IMG/VR virus record: IMGVR_UViG_3300047476_001831
Coordinates: 1-64,000 of that record
Source of the DNA: a virus
Strand: one strand, 5' to 3'
DNA length: 64,000 nt
Under the pieces are notes generated by a model that made no database searches, had not been told where the DNA came from, and saw only the letters and a list, made by a program, of their open reading frames with translations. Position 1 is the first letter of the stretch. Each line of letters starts with the position of its first letter. Of the stretch, positions 47,190 to 58,041 are shown one piece after another. The translations under genes were made by a program, and so were the position numbers.

Positions 47190-48008
47190 ATGAAACACGA
47201 TTACAATTTACTAAAAAAGGTTTTGTCCGTACCTACCAAGACATACAAAGAGGACTTAATGATTCAATTCCTTTGTGAATGGTTAACAGAAAACAACATC
47301 CCATATAATGTTGATAAAATGGGTAATGTTTATGCGACCAAACAAACAGATGAAATTGAATACTTTCCTTGTGTTGTTGCTCACACAGATACAGTCCACG
47401 AATTAGACACAATCAACATCCGAGAAATGATGTTACCCAACGACCAAAATGAATTAAAGATGGCGTTGAAAGCATTTAATGATGAAGGATTACCCACAGG
47501 AATTGGGGGTGATGATAAATGTGGTGTCTATGTATGTTTGGAACTATTAAAAAGTTTACCAAATATTAAAGCAGCTTTCTTTGTCTCAGAGGAAACTGGT
47601 TGTCACGGTTCAAGAAAGGCTGATAAAGATTTTTTCTCAAACGTTGGTTATGTACTACAATTTGACGCCCCAGGTAATTGGATGGTAAGTGAATATTGTA
47701 TGGGTGTTAAACTTTTTGATAAAGAATCTGACTTTTTCAATAAATGTGACAAGGTATTAACTGAAGGTTTCAATAATAGAAACAAATATCAGTCACATCC
47801 ATACACAGATGTTTATGCACTTAAACAACAATTTGATTTTTCATGTATTAATTTTGCGGTTGGATATTATAACTATCATACTCCTCACGAGTATGTTATT
47901 GTTGATGATGTATTCAATACTTTGGATATTGCAAATAAAATGATTGGTGAATTGGGATGTGAAAAATATGAAAAGAAGTTAGAATCAAGAGGAAATTCAA
48001 TCCTTTAA
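47190..48008 (+). CDS. M28/M20-family zinc peptidase
   Basis: AHTDTVH, GIGGDDKCG, SEETGCHGS, GYYNYHT. Confidence 0.88.
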   Translation: MKHDYNLLKKVLSVPTKTYKEDLMIQFLCEWLTENNIPYNVDKMGNVYATKQTDEIEYFPCVVAHTDTVHELDTINIREMMLPNDQNELKMALKAFNDEGLPTGIGGDDKCGVYVCLELLKSLPNIKAAFFVSEETGCHGSRKADKDFFSNVGYVLQFDAPGNWMVSEYCMGVKLFDKESDFFNKCDKVLTEGFNNRNKYQSHPYTDVYALKQQFDFSCINFAVGYYNYHTPHEYVIVDDVFNTLDIANKMIGELGCEKYEKKLESRGNSIL

Positions 48009-48035
48009 AGATATTTATAATTTAAAAAGATTAAA

Positions 48036-48509
48036 ATGAAAAAAATTATTTATTTGACTGAAAGTGATTTATATAGGATTAGTGAAAAAATCATAAAGGA
48101 GGGCGAGATTGAAGAGGGGATTTTTGATGGAATAAGTAACATCTACCAAGGACTAAAAGGTGTATGGAGAGGTGAGGGGTTTGAATTTTTCAAACATTTA
48201 AGTTCACTCAAAAATTTAGCTAAAGAACTTAAAAAGTTAGATAAACCAAATGTAAAAATAATGACAAAGCTTACTGAATTAAAAAGTAAGATATCAAGTT
48301 CAAAAATGCCTGATGATAAAAAAGGACAACTAATATATGAAATTGATGAAGCTCTTAAAAATTTTAATGAATATTCAACACACATTGATAATTTAGAAAA
48401 GGTTGCATCTGAAAGATTACAGGGTACATCAAATTTTACAGGTAATCCAAAAAGTGGATTAACATCACAACCAACATCAACACAACAAACTGGTCTTACA
48501 CCACCATAA
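48036..48509 (+). CDS. Putative head-associated protein
   Basis: MKKIIYLTESDL..I. Confidence 0.6.
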   Translation: MKKIIYLTESDLYRISEKIIKEGEIEEGIFDGISNIYQGLKGVWRGEGFEFFKHLSSLKNLAKELKKLDKPNVKIMTKLTELKSKISSSKMPDDKKGQLIYEIDEALKNFNEYSTHIDNLEKVASERLQGTSNFTGNPKSGLTSQPTSTQQTGLTPP

Positions 48510-48519
48510 AAAAAAGGGA

Positions 48520-50550
48520 CTATTCAGTCCCTTTTTTCTTTTTAACCTTTTTAACTTCTTTTGGTTTGAAAATAACATTTTCTTCTTCTACTGTAAGTGT
48601 ATATTCATCATTCTCAACTACATTTCCATTTAATACTTCCTCCGATATAAAATCTTCAATTTTATCTTGTATTGCACGTTTGATTGGTCTAGCTCCATAA
48701 GTTTCATCAAAACCTACTTTGGATATTAGTTCCAATACTTTTTCATCACAATTGATGTTATAATTTAAACCTTTCAATCTACTGATTAATTTATCAATTT
48801 CTAGTTTAACTATTTGTTTAACTTCATCTTCTTTCAATGTGTTGAAAACAATAATTTCGTCAATACGATTTAAAAACTCAGGGGCAAAAAACTTTTTGAG
48901 TTCTTTTTTCAGAGTGTCTCTTTTTTGTTCCTCTTCAATATATGTGTTCGTCATTGTTTTAAATCCAACACCAGTCCCAAAGTCTTGTAATTTTTTAACA
49001 CCCAAATTTGATGTCATAATAATGACACAATTTTTAAAGTTAATTTTTCTACCCAATCCATCAGTAAGATGTCCATCATCTAAAACTTGGAGTAAGGTTG
49101 AAAATACATCTTTATTAGCCTTTTCAATTTCATCAAAAAGAATTACAGAATATGGTTTATTTTTAACTTGTTCTGTTAATTGTCCCCCTTCATCATAACC
49201 AACATAACCAGGAGGTGAACCAATCAATCTTGATATTGTGTGTTTTTCTTGGAACTCTGACATATCTACACGAATAAGATTATCTTCACTTCCAAAGATT
49301 TCTTTTGCTAATTGTTTTGCAAGATAAGTTTTACCCACACCTGTTGACCCTAAGAAAATAAATGAACCAATTGGTTTAGATGGGTCTTTAATACCTAATC
49401 TGTTTCTTCTTATGGCTTTAGCTATTTTAGAAACAGCTTCAGACTGACCAATTACTTTTGAAGATAGATTTTCATCTAATGAAGATAATTTATTGGTTTC
49501 ATCTGAACTCATTTTTGATACAGGTATTTTAGTCATATTAGATACTACTTCATATACTAATTCAGAACTAACCTCTTTTTTCTTATGTAATAAATCAAAT
49601 TCAAATTTCTTTTTTTCATCTTCCAATCTATCTAAGATTTTTGTTTCCTTGTCTCTTAAATCTGCAGCTAATTCGTAGTTTTGAGTTTTAACAACCTCAA
49701 TCTTTTCTTGTTTGATTCGTTGTGCTTGAAGTTTTAAATCTTCAATAACTTGGGGCATTTTGATTTCAACTTGACTTCTTGCCCCAACTTCATCAATAAT
49801 ATCAAATGCTTTATCTGGGAACTCTCTGTCTGTGATATATCTTTCCGCTAAATCAACACATAATTTTAAAACCTCATCGGTATAACTTACTTTGTGGTAA
49901 TTTTCATATTTTTCTTTAACATTGATAAGGATTTGTAATGTTTCATCTTTTGATGATGGGTCAACAATTACTTTTTGGAAACGTCTTTCTAATGCCCCAT
50001 CTTTTTCAAAGTTCTTTCTATATTCATCTAGTGTTGTTGCACCAATACATTGGATTTCACCCCTTGCCAAAGCTGGTTTGAATATGTTTGATGCGTCTAA
50101 AGAACCTGAAGAATTACCAGCACCTACTATTTGATGGATTTCATCTATAAATAATATAATATTTGGGGCTGATTGTAACTCTTCAATAATTACTTTCATT
50201 CTTTCTTCAAATTGGCCACGATACTTAGTTCCAGCAACAATTGAAGTCATATCCAAAGACATAATTCTCTTATCCATTAGATTTCTTGGACATTCACCAT
50301 TCAATATTTTTAGTGCTAATCCTTCAACAATTGCAGTTTTACCACAACCTGGTTCACCAATTATAATTGGGTTGTTTTTCTTTCTTCTTGATAAGATTTG
50401 TGCAATCCTTGTGATTTCTCTATCACGACCTACAACCGGGTCAAGTTTTCCTTCTTCAGCAAGTTTTACCAAATCTTTTGCAAAGTTATTTAGTACTGGT
50501 GTATCACCCTTACCTTTACTTGAGTAATCTCCATCTTTAGAATCTATCAT
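48520..50550 (-). CDS. clpC: ClpC/ClpA-type AAA+ unfoldase lacking the N-terminal domain
   Basis: GKLDPVVGR, GEPGCGKT, FIDEIH, UVR (NYELAADLRD), GSTGVGKT, DMSEF, GVGF ClpP-loop, YGARP. Confidence 0.9.
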   Translation of the reverse strand: MIDSKDGDYSSKGKGDTPVLNNFAKDLVKLAEEGKLDPVVGRDREITRIAQILSRRKKNNPIIIGEPGCGKTAIVEGLALKILNGECPRNLMDKRIMSLDMTSIVAGTKYRGQFEERMKVIIEELQSAPNIILFIDEIHQIVGAGNSSGSLDASNIFKPALARGEIQCIGATTLDEYRKNFEKDGALERRFQKVIVDPSSKDETLQILINVKEKYENYHKVSYTDEVLKLCVDLAERYITDREFPDKAFDIIDEVGARSQVEIKMPQVIEDLKLQAQRIKQEKIEVVKTQNYELAADLRDKETKILDRLEDEKKKFEFDLLHKKKEVSSELVYEVVSNMTKIPVSKMSSDETNKLSSLDENLSSKVIGQSEAVSKIAKAIRRNRLGIKDPSKPIGSFIFLGSTGVGKTYLAKQLAKEIFGSEDNLIRVDMSEFQEKHTISRLIGSPPGYVGYDEGGQLTEQVKNKPYSVILFDEIEKANKDVFSTLLQVLDDGHLTDGLGRKINFKNCVIIMTSNLGVKKLQDFGTGVGFKTMTNTYIEEEQKRDTLKKELKKFFAPEFLNRIDEIIVFNTLKEDEVKQIVKLEIDKLISRLKGLNYNINCDEKVLELISKVGFDETYGARPIKRAIQDKIEDFISEEVLNGNVVENDEYTLTVEEENVIFKPKEVKKVKKKKGTE

Positions 50551-50606
50551 AATTTGTTTTTACTTAATAATAATATTTTATTCAATATTTTCAACTGGTT
50601 ATACTA

Positions 50607-50619
50607 TGACAAAATGTCA
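50607..50619. promoter_or_regulatory. TGACA-N3-TGTCA operator in the divergent clpC/UVR promoter region
   Basis: TGACAAAATGTCA. Confidence 0.55.
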
Positions 50620-50720
50620 GTGTAATTTTTAATAAAACTGACAATCTTGATTATTTTATATAAATGGTATATTATTCGTGTTATAGAAATTAAAATAAAC
50701 TTTAAAACAAAAATATTAAT

Positions 50721-51164
50721 ATGTCAAACAGAGATTTTTTAAAAAAATTTGATGAAATTTTACAAGAGATTTTTGGCGAGGTTAAGGGTAACCCATCAAC
50801 ACCATTTCAAAGTTTTTCTGACAACCTAAATTATGATAATTTAAATTCAGATTTCAGTAAGTTTAGAAATTCTGTAAGAAAAACAAAAGATGGAATTGTT
50901 ACAACAATTTATTATGTAATTGGTGATGATAATAAATGGACTTCAGCTAATGATAACAATCTTAAAAATTTACAAAAAGAATTAGATGAGTGTATTAAAA
51001 ATGAGGATTTTGAAAAAGCTGTCGTGTTACGTGACAAAATAAAGAATTTTAAAAATAACTCAACCAAAATTGAAAATTTGAAAAAAGAGATGGATATTGC
51101 AATTAAAGAACAAAACTTTGAAAAAGCAATTGAAATCAGAGATGAATTAAAAAAAATAAATTAA
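50721..51164 (+). CDS. Tandem UVR (UvrB/C) domain protein
   Basis: EDFEKAVVLRDKI and QNFEKAIEIRDEL. Confidence 0.85.
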   Translation: MSNRDFLKKFDEILQEIFGEVKGNPSTPFQSFSDNLNYDNLNSDFSKFRNSVRKTKDGIVTTIYYVIGDDNKWTSANDNNLKNLQKELDECIKNEDFEKAVVLRDKIKNFKNNSTKIENLKKEMDIAIKEQNFEKAIEIRDELKKIN

Positions 51165-51207
51165 CCCTAACCCCCATTGAACTTGGGGGTTTTAAATTTA
51201 AAATATT

Positions 51208-51450
51208 ATGGCAATAATAAGAGAACAAATTAATGGTACTAAAATCATCAATGAAATTCAGTCTAGTAATATTAGAAAAACTGAGTTTGATACTGAAACA
51301 AAAGAGTTAGTTGTGGAATTTAACAACGGACTAAGATATTCTTATGAAAATGTACCCCATCAAGTTTATACACAATTCAGAATGTCAGAATCTCAAGGTA
51401 AGTATTTTAATTCCAAAATTGCAAAGACTTATAAATACAAAAAGTTATGA
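51208..51450 (+). CDS. KTSC domain protein
   Basis: SSNI....D....L.VEF.NG..Y.Y.NVP..S.GKYFN..I. Confidence 0.88.
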   Translation: MAIIREQINGTKIINEIQSSNIRKTEFDTETKELVVEFNNGLRYSYENVPHQVYTQFRMSESQGKYFNSKIAKTYKYKKL

Positions 51451-51484
51451 TAATTATTGTGGAAACACAATATATTTATTATAG

Positions 51485-52231
51485 ATGGAAAATCTTAATT
51501 CTGTAATATCAAGTTTTAACTTACAAAAGACATTACAACCTAAAATTTGGGTTGACAATGGTAAAAAAATGAATCCAAAGGTTAGAAAAAATCTTTTGGA
51601 AATAGCATATCAATTCATAGACTCATTTGGATTGGATGTCGTGGTTGATGACATCATAGTAGTTGGTTCTATCGCTAACTACAATTGGTCAAAATTTTCT
51701 GATATTGATTTACATATATTGATAGACTATAATCAATTCCCTAAAAAACTAAAACCTCTCTACATTGAATATTTTGATCTTAAAAAGATAGTCTTTAATC
51801 AAAAAAGGGATATTAAAATGTTTGGGTATGATGTTGAAGTATATGCTGAAGACAGTGATATGAAAGGGGTTAGTGGTGGAATTTATTCAATTTTGAATGA
51901 CGAATGGTTATCAAAACCAAAAAAGGAAAGTATGGATAAACCAAATTTTACGTCAATCAAACAAAAGTCAAAACAATGGATGAGAATTATTGATGGTGTG
52001 ATTGAAAATATTGAAAACGAATCCCCCAATGAGATTAAAAACATTATTAAAAAATACAAAGAGAAACTAAAAAAATATAGGTTATGTGGACTTGAGAAAG
52101 GTGGGGAAATGTCAACTGAAAATTTAGTATTTAAAGTCTTAAGAAGAAATGGTTATATTGAAAAATTATACAATATACCAACTAAACTCATAGATAAAAA
52201 ACTTTCTTTGGATGAAAAGCTAAAGAATTAA
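51485..52231 (+). CDS. Pol-beta superfamily nucleotidyltransferase
   Basis: GSIANYNWSKFSDIDLH, DVEVY, ENLVFK.LRRNG. Confidence 0.8.
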   Translation: MENLNSVISSFNLQKTLQPKIWVDNGKKMNPKVRKNLLEIAYQFIDSFGLDVVVDDIIVVGSIANYNWSKFSDIDLHILIDYNQFPKKLKPLYIEYFDLKKIVFNQKRDIKMFGYDVEVYAEDSDMKGVSGGIYSILNDEWLSKPKKESMDKPNFTSIKQKSKQWMRIIDGVIENIENESPNEIKNIIKKYKEKLKKYRLCGLEKGGEMSTENLVFKVLRRNGYIEKLYNIPTKLIDKKLSLDEKLKN

Positions 52232-52270
52232 ATAATTCTGTATATTTATATTTAAAAAACAAAAAAAATT

Positions 52271-53455
52271 ATGGGAAATTTAAAACCTATTGGTAGTGAA
52301 AAATTACAAGGATTAGATAAAATTAGAAGAATTATCGAAATATCTAATTACAATCTTAATACTCCGAAATCAATCAACGAGGATTCATCAAACGAATATA
52401 AAAAAACATTAGCTGATGGTAATACATATCACATTGTTAAAGAAAAAAGTGGATATGTTATTAAAAAAGGATTAAATGAATCTGTTGCAGAATATATTGA
52501 ACCAATTAAAAACAGAAAATTTTATCCATCGTATTCTCAAGCTCTTAAAAGATTAAATATTATAACTAAAGAAGTTAACATAGTTGAGGGGCAAGTTAAA
52601 AATCTTTCATTATTTAATGAAAGTGAGGATATGGAATATTACTTAGATTTAGAAGAACAAGAAACAACTCCAGCACCAGCTCAAGCTCCAGTACCTGCAG
52701 GTCCACCAGCTCCAGCTGAACCTACAATACCTGAACCAGAAATACCTACAGAAGAACCTATGCCAGAACCTGAAATGCCTCCAATGGATGAAGAAGGTGA
52801 GGACGATGAAGAAATGATTACTATGAAATCAGTTCAAAAGGCAACTGGAAAATTGGCTCAAAAGATTAGAGCTTTTTTAGGTAATGAAGAAAATGAAATG
52901 ACTTCAGAGGATACTAAATATGTTATTAATTCTATTCTTTCAGCATTAGATTTATCATCTTTGGATGACGAAGATTTAGATGAAATTATGTCTAAATTTG
53001 AAGGCGAAGAAGGTGGAGAAGAGGAAATGGGTAGTGAAGAAGGATTATCACCTGAAATTGGTGGTGAAATGGGAGGAGAAATGTCACCAGAGGAAATGAG
53101 TCCTGAACCTCCAGTAGCACCTGAAGGTGGTGAAATGGCAGAATATCGTTTACATGGTGCAAGAAAAAATAGACATATGCAGAAAATGGAAGAAATGTTT
53201 GAAGACATTTTTTCTGAATCAAAAATTGATAAAGTTTTAAGTAAATATTTTGTTGAACAAACACCTAAAAAACAAGATAGAACAATAACGAAAATACAGA
53301 ATTTAGCTGAATCTTTTAAACAAGAAGTAAAATCAGTTAAACTTTATGAAAAATACAATAATTCCAAATTTTTAGGTAAAAACAAATACGGTCAATTGGT
53401 ATTTGAAATGAACGACAAAAGAATTAGAGTTAATCCTAATGGGGAAATTTTATGA
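52271..53455 (+). CDS. Putative head/core protein, Pro/Glu-rich
   Basis: Low-complexity P/E linkers; located before the head module. Confidence 0.65.
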   Translation: MGNLKPIGSEKLQGLDKIRRIIEISNYNLNTPKSINEDSSNEYKKTLADGNTYHIVKEKSGYVIKKGLNESVAEYIEPIKNRKFYPSYSQALKRLNIITKEVNIVEGQVKNLSLFNESEDMEYYLDLEEQETTPAPAQAPVPAGPPAPAEPTIPEPEIPTEEPMPEPEMPPMDEEGEDDEEMITMKSVQKATGKLAQKIRAFLGNEENEMTSEDTKYVINSILSALDLSSLDDEDLDEIMSKFEGEEGGEEEMGSEEGLSPEIGGEMGGEMSPEEMSPEPPVAPEGGEMAEYRLHGARKNRHMQKMEEMFEDIFSESKIDKVLSKYFVEQTPKKQDRTITKIQNLAESFKQEVKSVKLYEKYNNSKFLGKNKYGQLVFEMNDKRIRVNPNGEIL

Positions 53456-53859
53456 ATTTTTTGATATACGTTAATAAGTTAGGCCAAAATTATAAAGGAG
53501 AAAATTTATATGAATTCATTTTCTCAGAAAACTTGGAAAGTATTTGGGGTGAATCATGGGATAGTAAACCAGCAAATGGTTATCCATCTCCACCTGATTT
53601 AGAACTTGTATCAAAAGTTGGATTGTTAAAAAACGTTTTAGATTTTGAAGTCTTACAAAATTCAGATATATTTTCAATGATTGATGGTATGGATGATGTA
53701 ATTGCCTTAGCATGGGAAAATGAATCTGAAAATGTTAATTTTGACAAACAAAAAAGATTGGTTTTCAGATTTGGGGATAAAATTGAAGATGTAAAAAATA
53801 AACTATACGAAAGAGACATCGTATTAGAATTTGAAAGAAAAGTACAATATGAATCTTAA
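53452..53859 (+). CDS. Conserved hypothetical protein
   Basis: ORF track. Confidence 0.7.
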   Translation: MNFLIYVNKLGQNYKGENLYEFIFSENLESIWGESWDSKPANGYPSPPDLELVSKVGLLKNVLDFEVLQNSDIFSMIDGMDDVIALAWENESENVNFDKQKRLVFRFGDKIEDVKNKLYERDIVLEFERKVQYES

Positions 53860-54580
53860 TAAAAAAATCGGTTTCTTATTAGATAATGGTTTAAGTCCCA
53901 ATTTTATATCTTCAATGAATGAGGGTCAGGTTAATACAATTTTTAATCGTTTGGTTGAGAATAAAAAAGAGACAAAGGAGGCTGTTCAAACAACTCAAAA
54001 ATCTGGATATGAAACAAAAATAACACCAGGTACTAAAGCTAATATCCAAATTGATGGTACTATAATTTCATCATCACCTGATAAAGGTATTACAATTCAG
54101 TCAACAAAAGCACCAGTAGGAACCGGTGAACAAACTGAAGGTGAGATGACAGAAAAATTTGAATCAAAAGCACAACAAGGTTTATTTTGGGCACGTTGTA
54201 ACAAATGTAAGGATGAAAATTGTAAGTGGTGTAAAATGGCGAAAGAATTTTCAAAGAGTACATCCAAGAAACAATATGAAAAAATGCCAGAAAAAAAACA
54301 TCCAGAAAAGACTGTAAAATATAAGAAAAAGAAAAAAACAAACGAGGAGTTTACAATGGCAAATTATTTTGATAAAGTTGCTAGTGTATATGCGAATAAT
54401 GCTATGGGTAAAACTGTTGACTCATTGACTAAGGAACAATTTGTAAAAAAACATATAAATAAAATTGTAGAAAACAATTTAAGACCAACTATGAAAAAAA
54501 GAGATTTATTAAAATTAATTGAATCTGAAATCAAACATAAAAAAGGTTTGAACGAAGATTTTTATATGGATGAAATTTGA
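53849..54580 (+). CDS. Hypothetical protein (possibly frameshift-fused to the next ORF)
   Basis: FESKAQQ..WARC motif. Confidence 0.65.
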   Translation: MNLNKKIGFLLDNGLSPNFISSMNEGQVNTIFNRLVENKKETKEAVQTTQKSGYETKITPGTKANIQIDGTIISSSPDKGITIQSTKAPVGTGEQTEGEMTEKFESKAQQGLFWARCNKCKDENCKWCKMAKEFSKSTSKKQYEKMPEKKHPEKTVKYKKKKKTNEEFTMANYFDKVASVYANNAMGKTVDSLTKEQFVKKHINKIVENNLRPTMKKRDLLKLIESEIKHKKGLNEDFYMDEI

Positions 54581-54839
54581 CTTTATGTCGGATGTTGAGA
54601 CAGCCCCAATCATCAAACCTAAAATCAAACCTAAAAGAGAAACTGAACCAGAATGGGAACCGGATGAAGAAGAACCTGTAATTCCTGATCCAAATGCAGA
54701 CCCAGAACCTCAAGCGGATACTGACTTAGAACTTCAAGCAAAAGAAGACGATTTTAGTGAATACAAAGATGATTTTGATTTTATTATGTCAAGAATGAAT
54801 GAAAGTTTATACAAACCAATCAAAGTTAATAGATTCTAA
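54570..54839 (+). CDS. Pro/acidic hypothetical protein
   Basis: TAPIIKPKIKP, PDPNADPEPQA. Confidence 0.55.
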   Translation: MKFDFMSDVETAPIIKPKIKPKRETEPEWEPDEEEPVIPDPNADPEPQADTDLELQAKEDDFSEYKDDFDFIMSRMNESLYKPIKVNRF

Positions 54840-54841
54840 TA

Positions 54842-55999
54842 ATGAAAAGATTACTATATGAAGCACCTGTTGATGATTTTATGAGTCAAGAGGCCAAAGA
54901 AAAGATTCTTGGTGCTCAAAATAGAAAATATCAAAAGGCAAAAGAAGAAAGTGGGGATATATGGTTAGGTGAATTAATGGTTTATTTACCAAAAATAGAA
55001 AGTCAACATTATGGTAAATTGTTAAAACTCGCTAAAGCTTTATTTTTTTCAAGATTTCCAAAAATCAAAGAAAGAATTGATAATGGTTCAGTTACTCTTA
55101 ATGTAAATTTTTCAACTGGAGTGAATCCAAGAAAAACACAACAAACAATTACACCTCAGTTTATAGAAAAAGCAAAAGAGGTCGACCCATTGTTTGATGA
55201 AAGAGTTAAGGCCAGAAATTTTATTAATGCAACGACTCAAGGTAGTGCTTGGGCTGAGGGATTTAATTTGTATAAAGATGTTGAATCACAATTAAATCAA
55301 TTAGATCCTGAATTGACAAAACAATATAAAAAGTTTGAGAATTCAGCAACAGTATATTATAATGACAATTTAAATAATTTGGAACAAATGGCAAAAAGAG
55401 CAACAAATAGAGTAGCTTATGCTGATGTTGTTCCAGACCAAAGAAATCCTGGTAGTTGGATTATTAATGTTGAAGCCCCAAATTTTCCTTTATTGATGCA
55501 CGAGTTGTATAAAGCTGGGAGATACTTTAATTCTCTACTTTATTTACCAAAAGACAAAGACGTTAATAATACTCTTACAAAAATTACTGATATTCATAAA
55601 CACGAAATTCGTAATATGATTACTGGTAGAGAAATCAGTTCTAAATTGAGATTCTTATGGGGTGAATTAATTGATGATTACGAAACTTGGATGGATAGTG
55701 CAATACAAACTCAATTTAACAAATTAGCAAACGACAATCCAAAACTATTTAATGAAATTATGTATGATGGTGTTTTAAGTGGAAAACCAGCCGCAATGGA
55801 TAAGTTTGAAAAATTTTCACAAATGATAGTAAATACGATAAAGAAAAATCCTCCCAAAATGGAGAAACCAAATTATGATGAACTAATTAAATCTGAAAGA
55901 GGAATGGAATATGATGATGAAGATGATGAGGAATATGAAGATGAAGAAGACGATTTAAGTTGGTTAGACGATGTTGATTATGATGAAGATAAAGATTAA
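54842..55999 (+). CDS. Hypothetical protein
   Basis: FPLLMHELYK motif, acidic tail. Confidence 0.7.
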   Translation: MKRLLYEAPVDDFMSQEAKEKILGAQNRKYQKAKEESGDIWLGELMVYLPKIESQHYGKLLKLAKALFFSRFPKIKERIDNGSVTLNVNFSTGVNPRKTQQTITPQFIEKAKEVDPLFDERVKARNFINATTQGSAWAEGFNLYKDVESQLNQLDPELTKQYKKFENSATVYYNDNLNNLEQMAKRATNRVAYADVVPDQRNPGSWIINVEAPNFPLLMHELYKAGRYFNSLLYLPKDKDVNNTLTKITDIHKHEIRNMITGREISSKLRFLWGELIDDYETWMDSAIQTQFNKLANDNPKLFNEIMYDGVLSGKPAAMDKFEKFSQMIVNTIKKNPPKMEKPNYDELIKSERGMEYDDEDDEEYEDEEDDLSWLDDVDYDEDKD

Positions 56000-56067
56000 A
56001 TAAAATTATGACAAAACCCCCATTTAGAAATAAGTGGGGGTTTTTATATTTATATAAAATACAATTT

Positions 56068-57837
56068 ATGAGTTTAACAAAAGAACAAGTGATGATAGAG
56101 TATGTAAGATGTATGAAAGATACACCTTACGCACTAAGAACATATTTGGAAACATACGACAACACCGTGTCAAAATATGTTCCTTTAGAGTTATTCCCAG
56201 ACCAAGTTTCATTATTAAATGATTATGAACAATACAATGAGAATATCGCATTAAAATACAGACAGGCTGGTGTATCAACAGTAACTGCAGCTTGGATTTC
56301 AAAAAAAATAGCTTTTGCCAAAAAGACAAAACCAGAAAAGATTTTGATTATTGCCAACAAATTGGACACCTCTTTAGAAATGGCCAATAAAATTAGAATG
56401 TTCATTAGTCAATGGCCTAGTTGGGTTGGAATTGACTTTGCGACTGAAAAGAACTCTCAAAAACATTATAAAACAAATAATGGTTGTGAAGTTAAGGCTG
56501 TTGCAACATCTAAGGATGCTTTACGTGGTTTTACCCCAACAATTCTTGTATTTGACGAAGCTGCGTTCATTGATGCTGATTCTGATTTTTGGGCTGCTTG
56601 TATGGCTTCATTATCAACTGGGGGTAAAGTTATTGTTGTTTCAACTCCAAATGGTTACGACCCAATTTATTATGAAATATATAACCAAGCAAGTAGAGGT
56701 ATGAATGATTTCAAAATCTCTGAAATGTATTGGTTTAGAGACCCAAGATACACCAAGGATTTATATTTGGTTAAAACTCAAGATGTTATTCATTATCTTT
56801 TAAATAAGGAAGAATACTCCAAAGAAAGTATTAATAGTTGGGAATCTATTCCATTTGAGGAAAGAAATTACGATGAACTCAAAATGATGATGGATTCTGG
56901 TTACAAACCTTGTTCGTCTTGGTTTGAGGGTATGGTCAAAAAATTGAAGTACGACAAACGTAAAGTTTCTCAAGAGTTGGAGTGTAACTTTTTAGGTTCT
57001 GGTGACAATGTATTTGATTCTTTGTTAATGCAAAAGATTAAAGAAAATTACATAAGAGAACCCCAAAATAAGATGATTGGTAATTCTTTATGGTTATGGA
57101 AAGAACCTGTGATGGGACATAAATACGTGATGGGTGTTGATGTTAGTAGAGGTGACAGTGAAGACTTTAGTTCATTTCAAATTATTGATTTTGATGAAAG
57201 AGAACAAGTTGCAGAATATGTGGGAAAATTACCACCAGATACGATGGCCGAATTATGTTATAAATGGGGTAATATGTATAATTGTTTTATTGTAATAGAC
57301 ATTACAGGTGGTATGGGTGTTTCAACATCAAGGAAACTACAAGAAATGGGTTACAAAAATTTGTATGTTGATGGTGTTGATTTAGCTAATAAATGGAAAT
57401 ATGACCCCAAGGCATTAGATAAAATACCCGGATTAAATTTTAACAACAAACGTGTTCAAATTATTGCATCATTTGAAGAAGCAATGAGACATGAGTTTAA
57501 GATTTATAGTATGAGATTGTTCAATGAAATGAATACTTTTGTATATATAAATGGAAGACCTGACCATCAAAAGGGTCAACATGACGACTTAATTATGTCA
57601 ATTGCGATGGCCACTTATGTTGCCGAATCGTCATTTACTAGTTTAGAGAGGGTTACAGAACAAACAAAAGCAATGTTGGATTCTTGGTCAGTAAGTAACA
57701 ATGAAAATGTTACTAAACAAATAGAATTTAATCCGGTAATGCCATATTATCAAGATAACAATTTCAATAGACATAATCAACAACAAATCAGTAAAGAGGA
57801 TTATATGAAATATTCTTGGTTATTTGGTGGGAGATAA
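56068..57837 (+). CDS. Terminase large subunit (T4 gp17-like)
   Basis: LKYRQAGVST Walker A, FDEAAF Walker B, STPNG, QELEC.F, GVDVSRG..D.S nuclease, HDDL. Confidence 0.93.
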   Translation: MSLTKEQVMIEYVRCMKDTPYALRTYLETYDNTVSKYVPLELFPDQVSLLNDYEQYNENIALKYRQAGVSTVTAAWISKKIAFAKKTKPEKILIIANKLDTSLEMANKIRMFISQWPSWVGIDFATEKNSQKHYKTNNGCEVKAVATSKDALRGFTPTILVFDEAAFIDADSDFWAACMASLSTGGKVIVVSTPNGYDPIYYEIYNQASRGMNDFKISEMYWFRDPRYTKDLYLVKTQDVIHYLLNKEEYSKESINSWESIPFEERNYDELKMMMDSGYKPCSSWFEGMVKKLKYDKRKVSQELECNFLGSGDNVFDSLLMQKIKENYIREPQNKMIGNSLWLWKEPVMGHKYVMGVDVSRGDSEDFSSFQIIDFDEREQVAEYVGKLPPDTMAELCYKWGNMYNCFIVIDITGGMGVSTSRKLQEMGYKNLYVDGVDLANKWKYDPKALDKIPGLNFNNKRVQIIASFEEAMRHEFKIYSMRLFNEMNTFVYINGRPDHQKGQHDDLIMSIAMATYVAESSFTSLERVTEQTKAMLDSWSVSNNENVTKQIEFNPVMPYYQDNNFNRHNQQQISKEDYMKYSWLFGGR

Positions 57838-57857
57838 TATTTATAAATAAAAAAAAT

Positions 57858-58004
57858 ATGGGTTTAGTTGATAGAAAAAAACAAGGTAACAAAATATTAG
57901 CGGGGTCTAAATTGAATGTTCCTGGACAAGGTATTGCCTCAGTTAAAATTCAATCTCAAGATAAACCTAGTATTAAAAGTAACAAACAAAACACGAACAA
58001 TTAA
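57858..58004 (+). CDS. Small basic hypothetical protein
   Basis: Start at MGLVDRKK after TATTTAT. Confidence 0.5.
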   Translation: MGLVDRKKQGNKILAGSKLNVPGQGIASVKIQSQDKPSIKSNKQNTNN

Positions 58005-58041
58005 CTCTTTAGTTATTGTTACCTAAGATTAAATTAAATTT

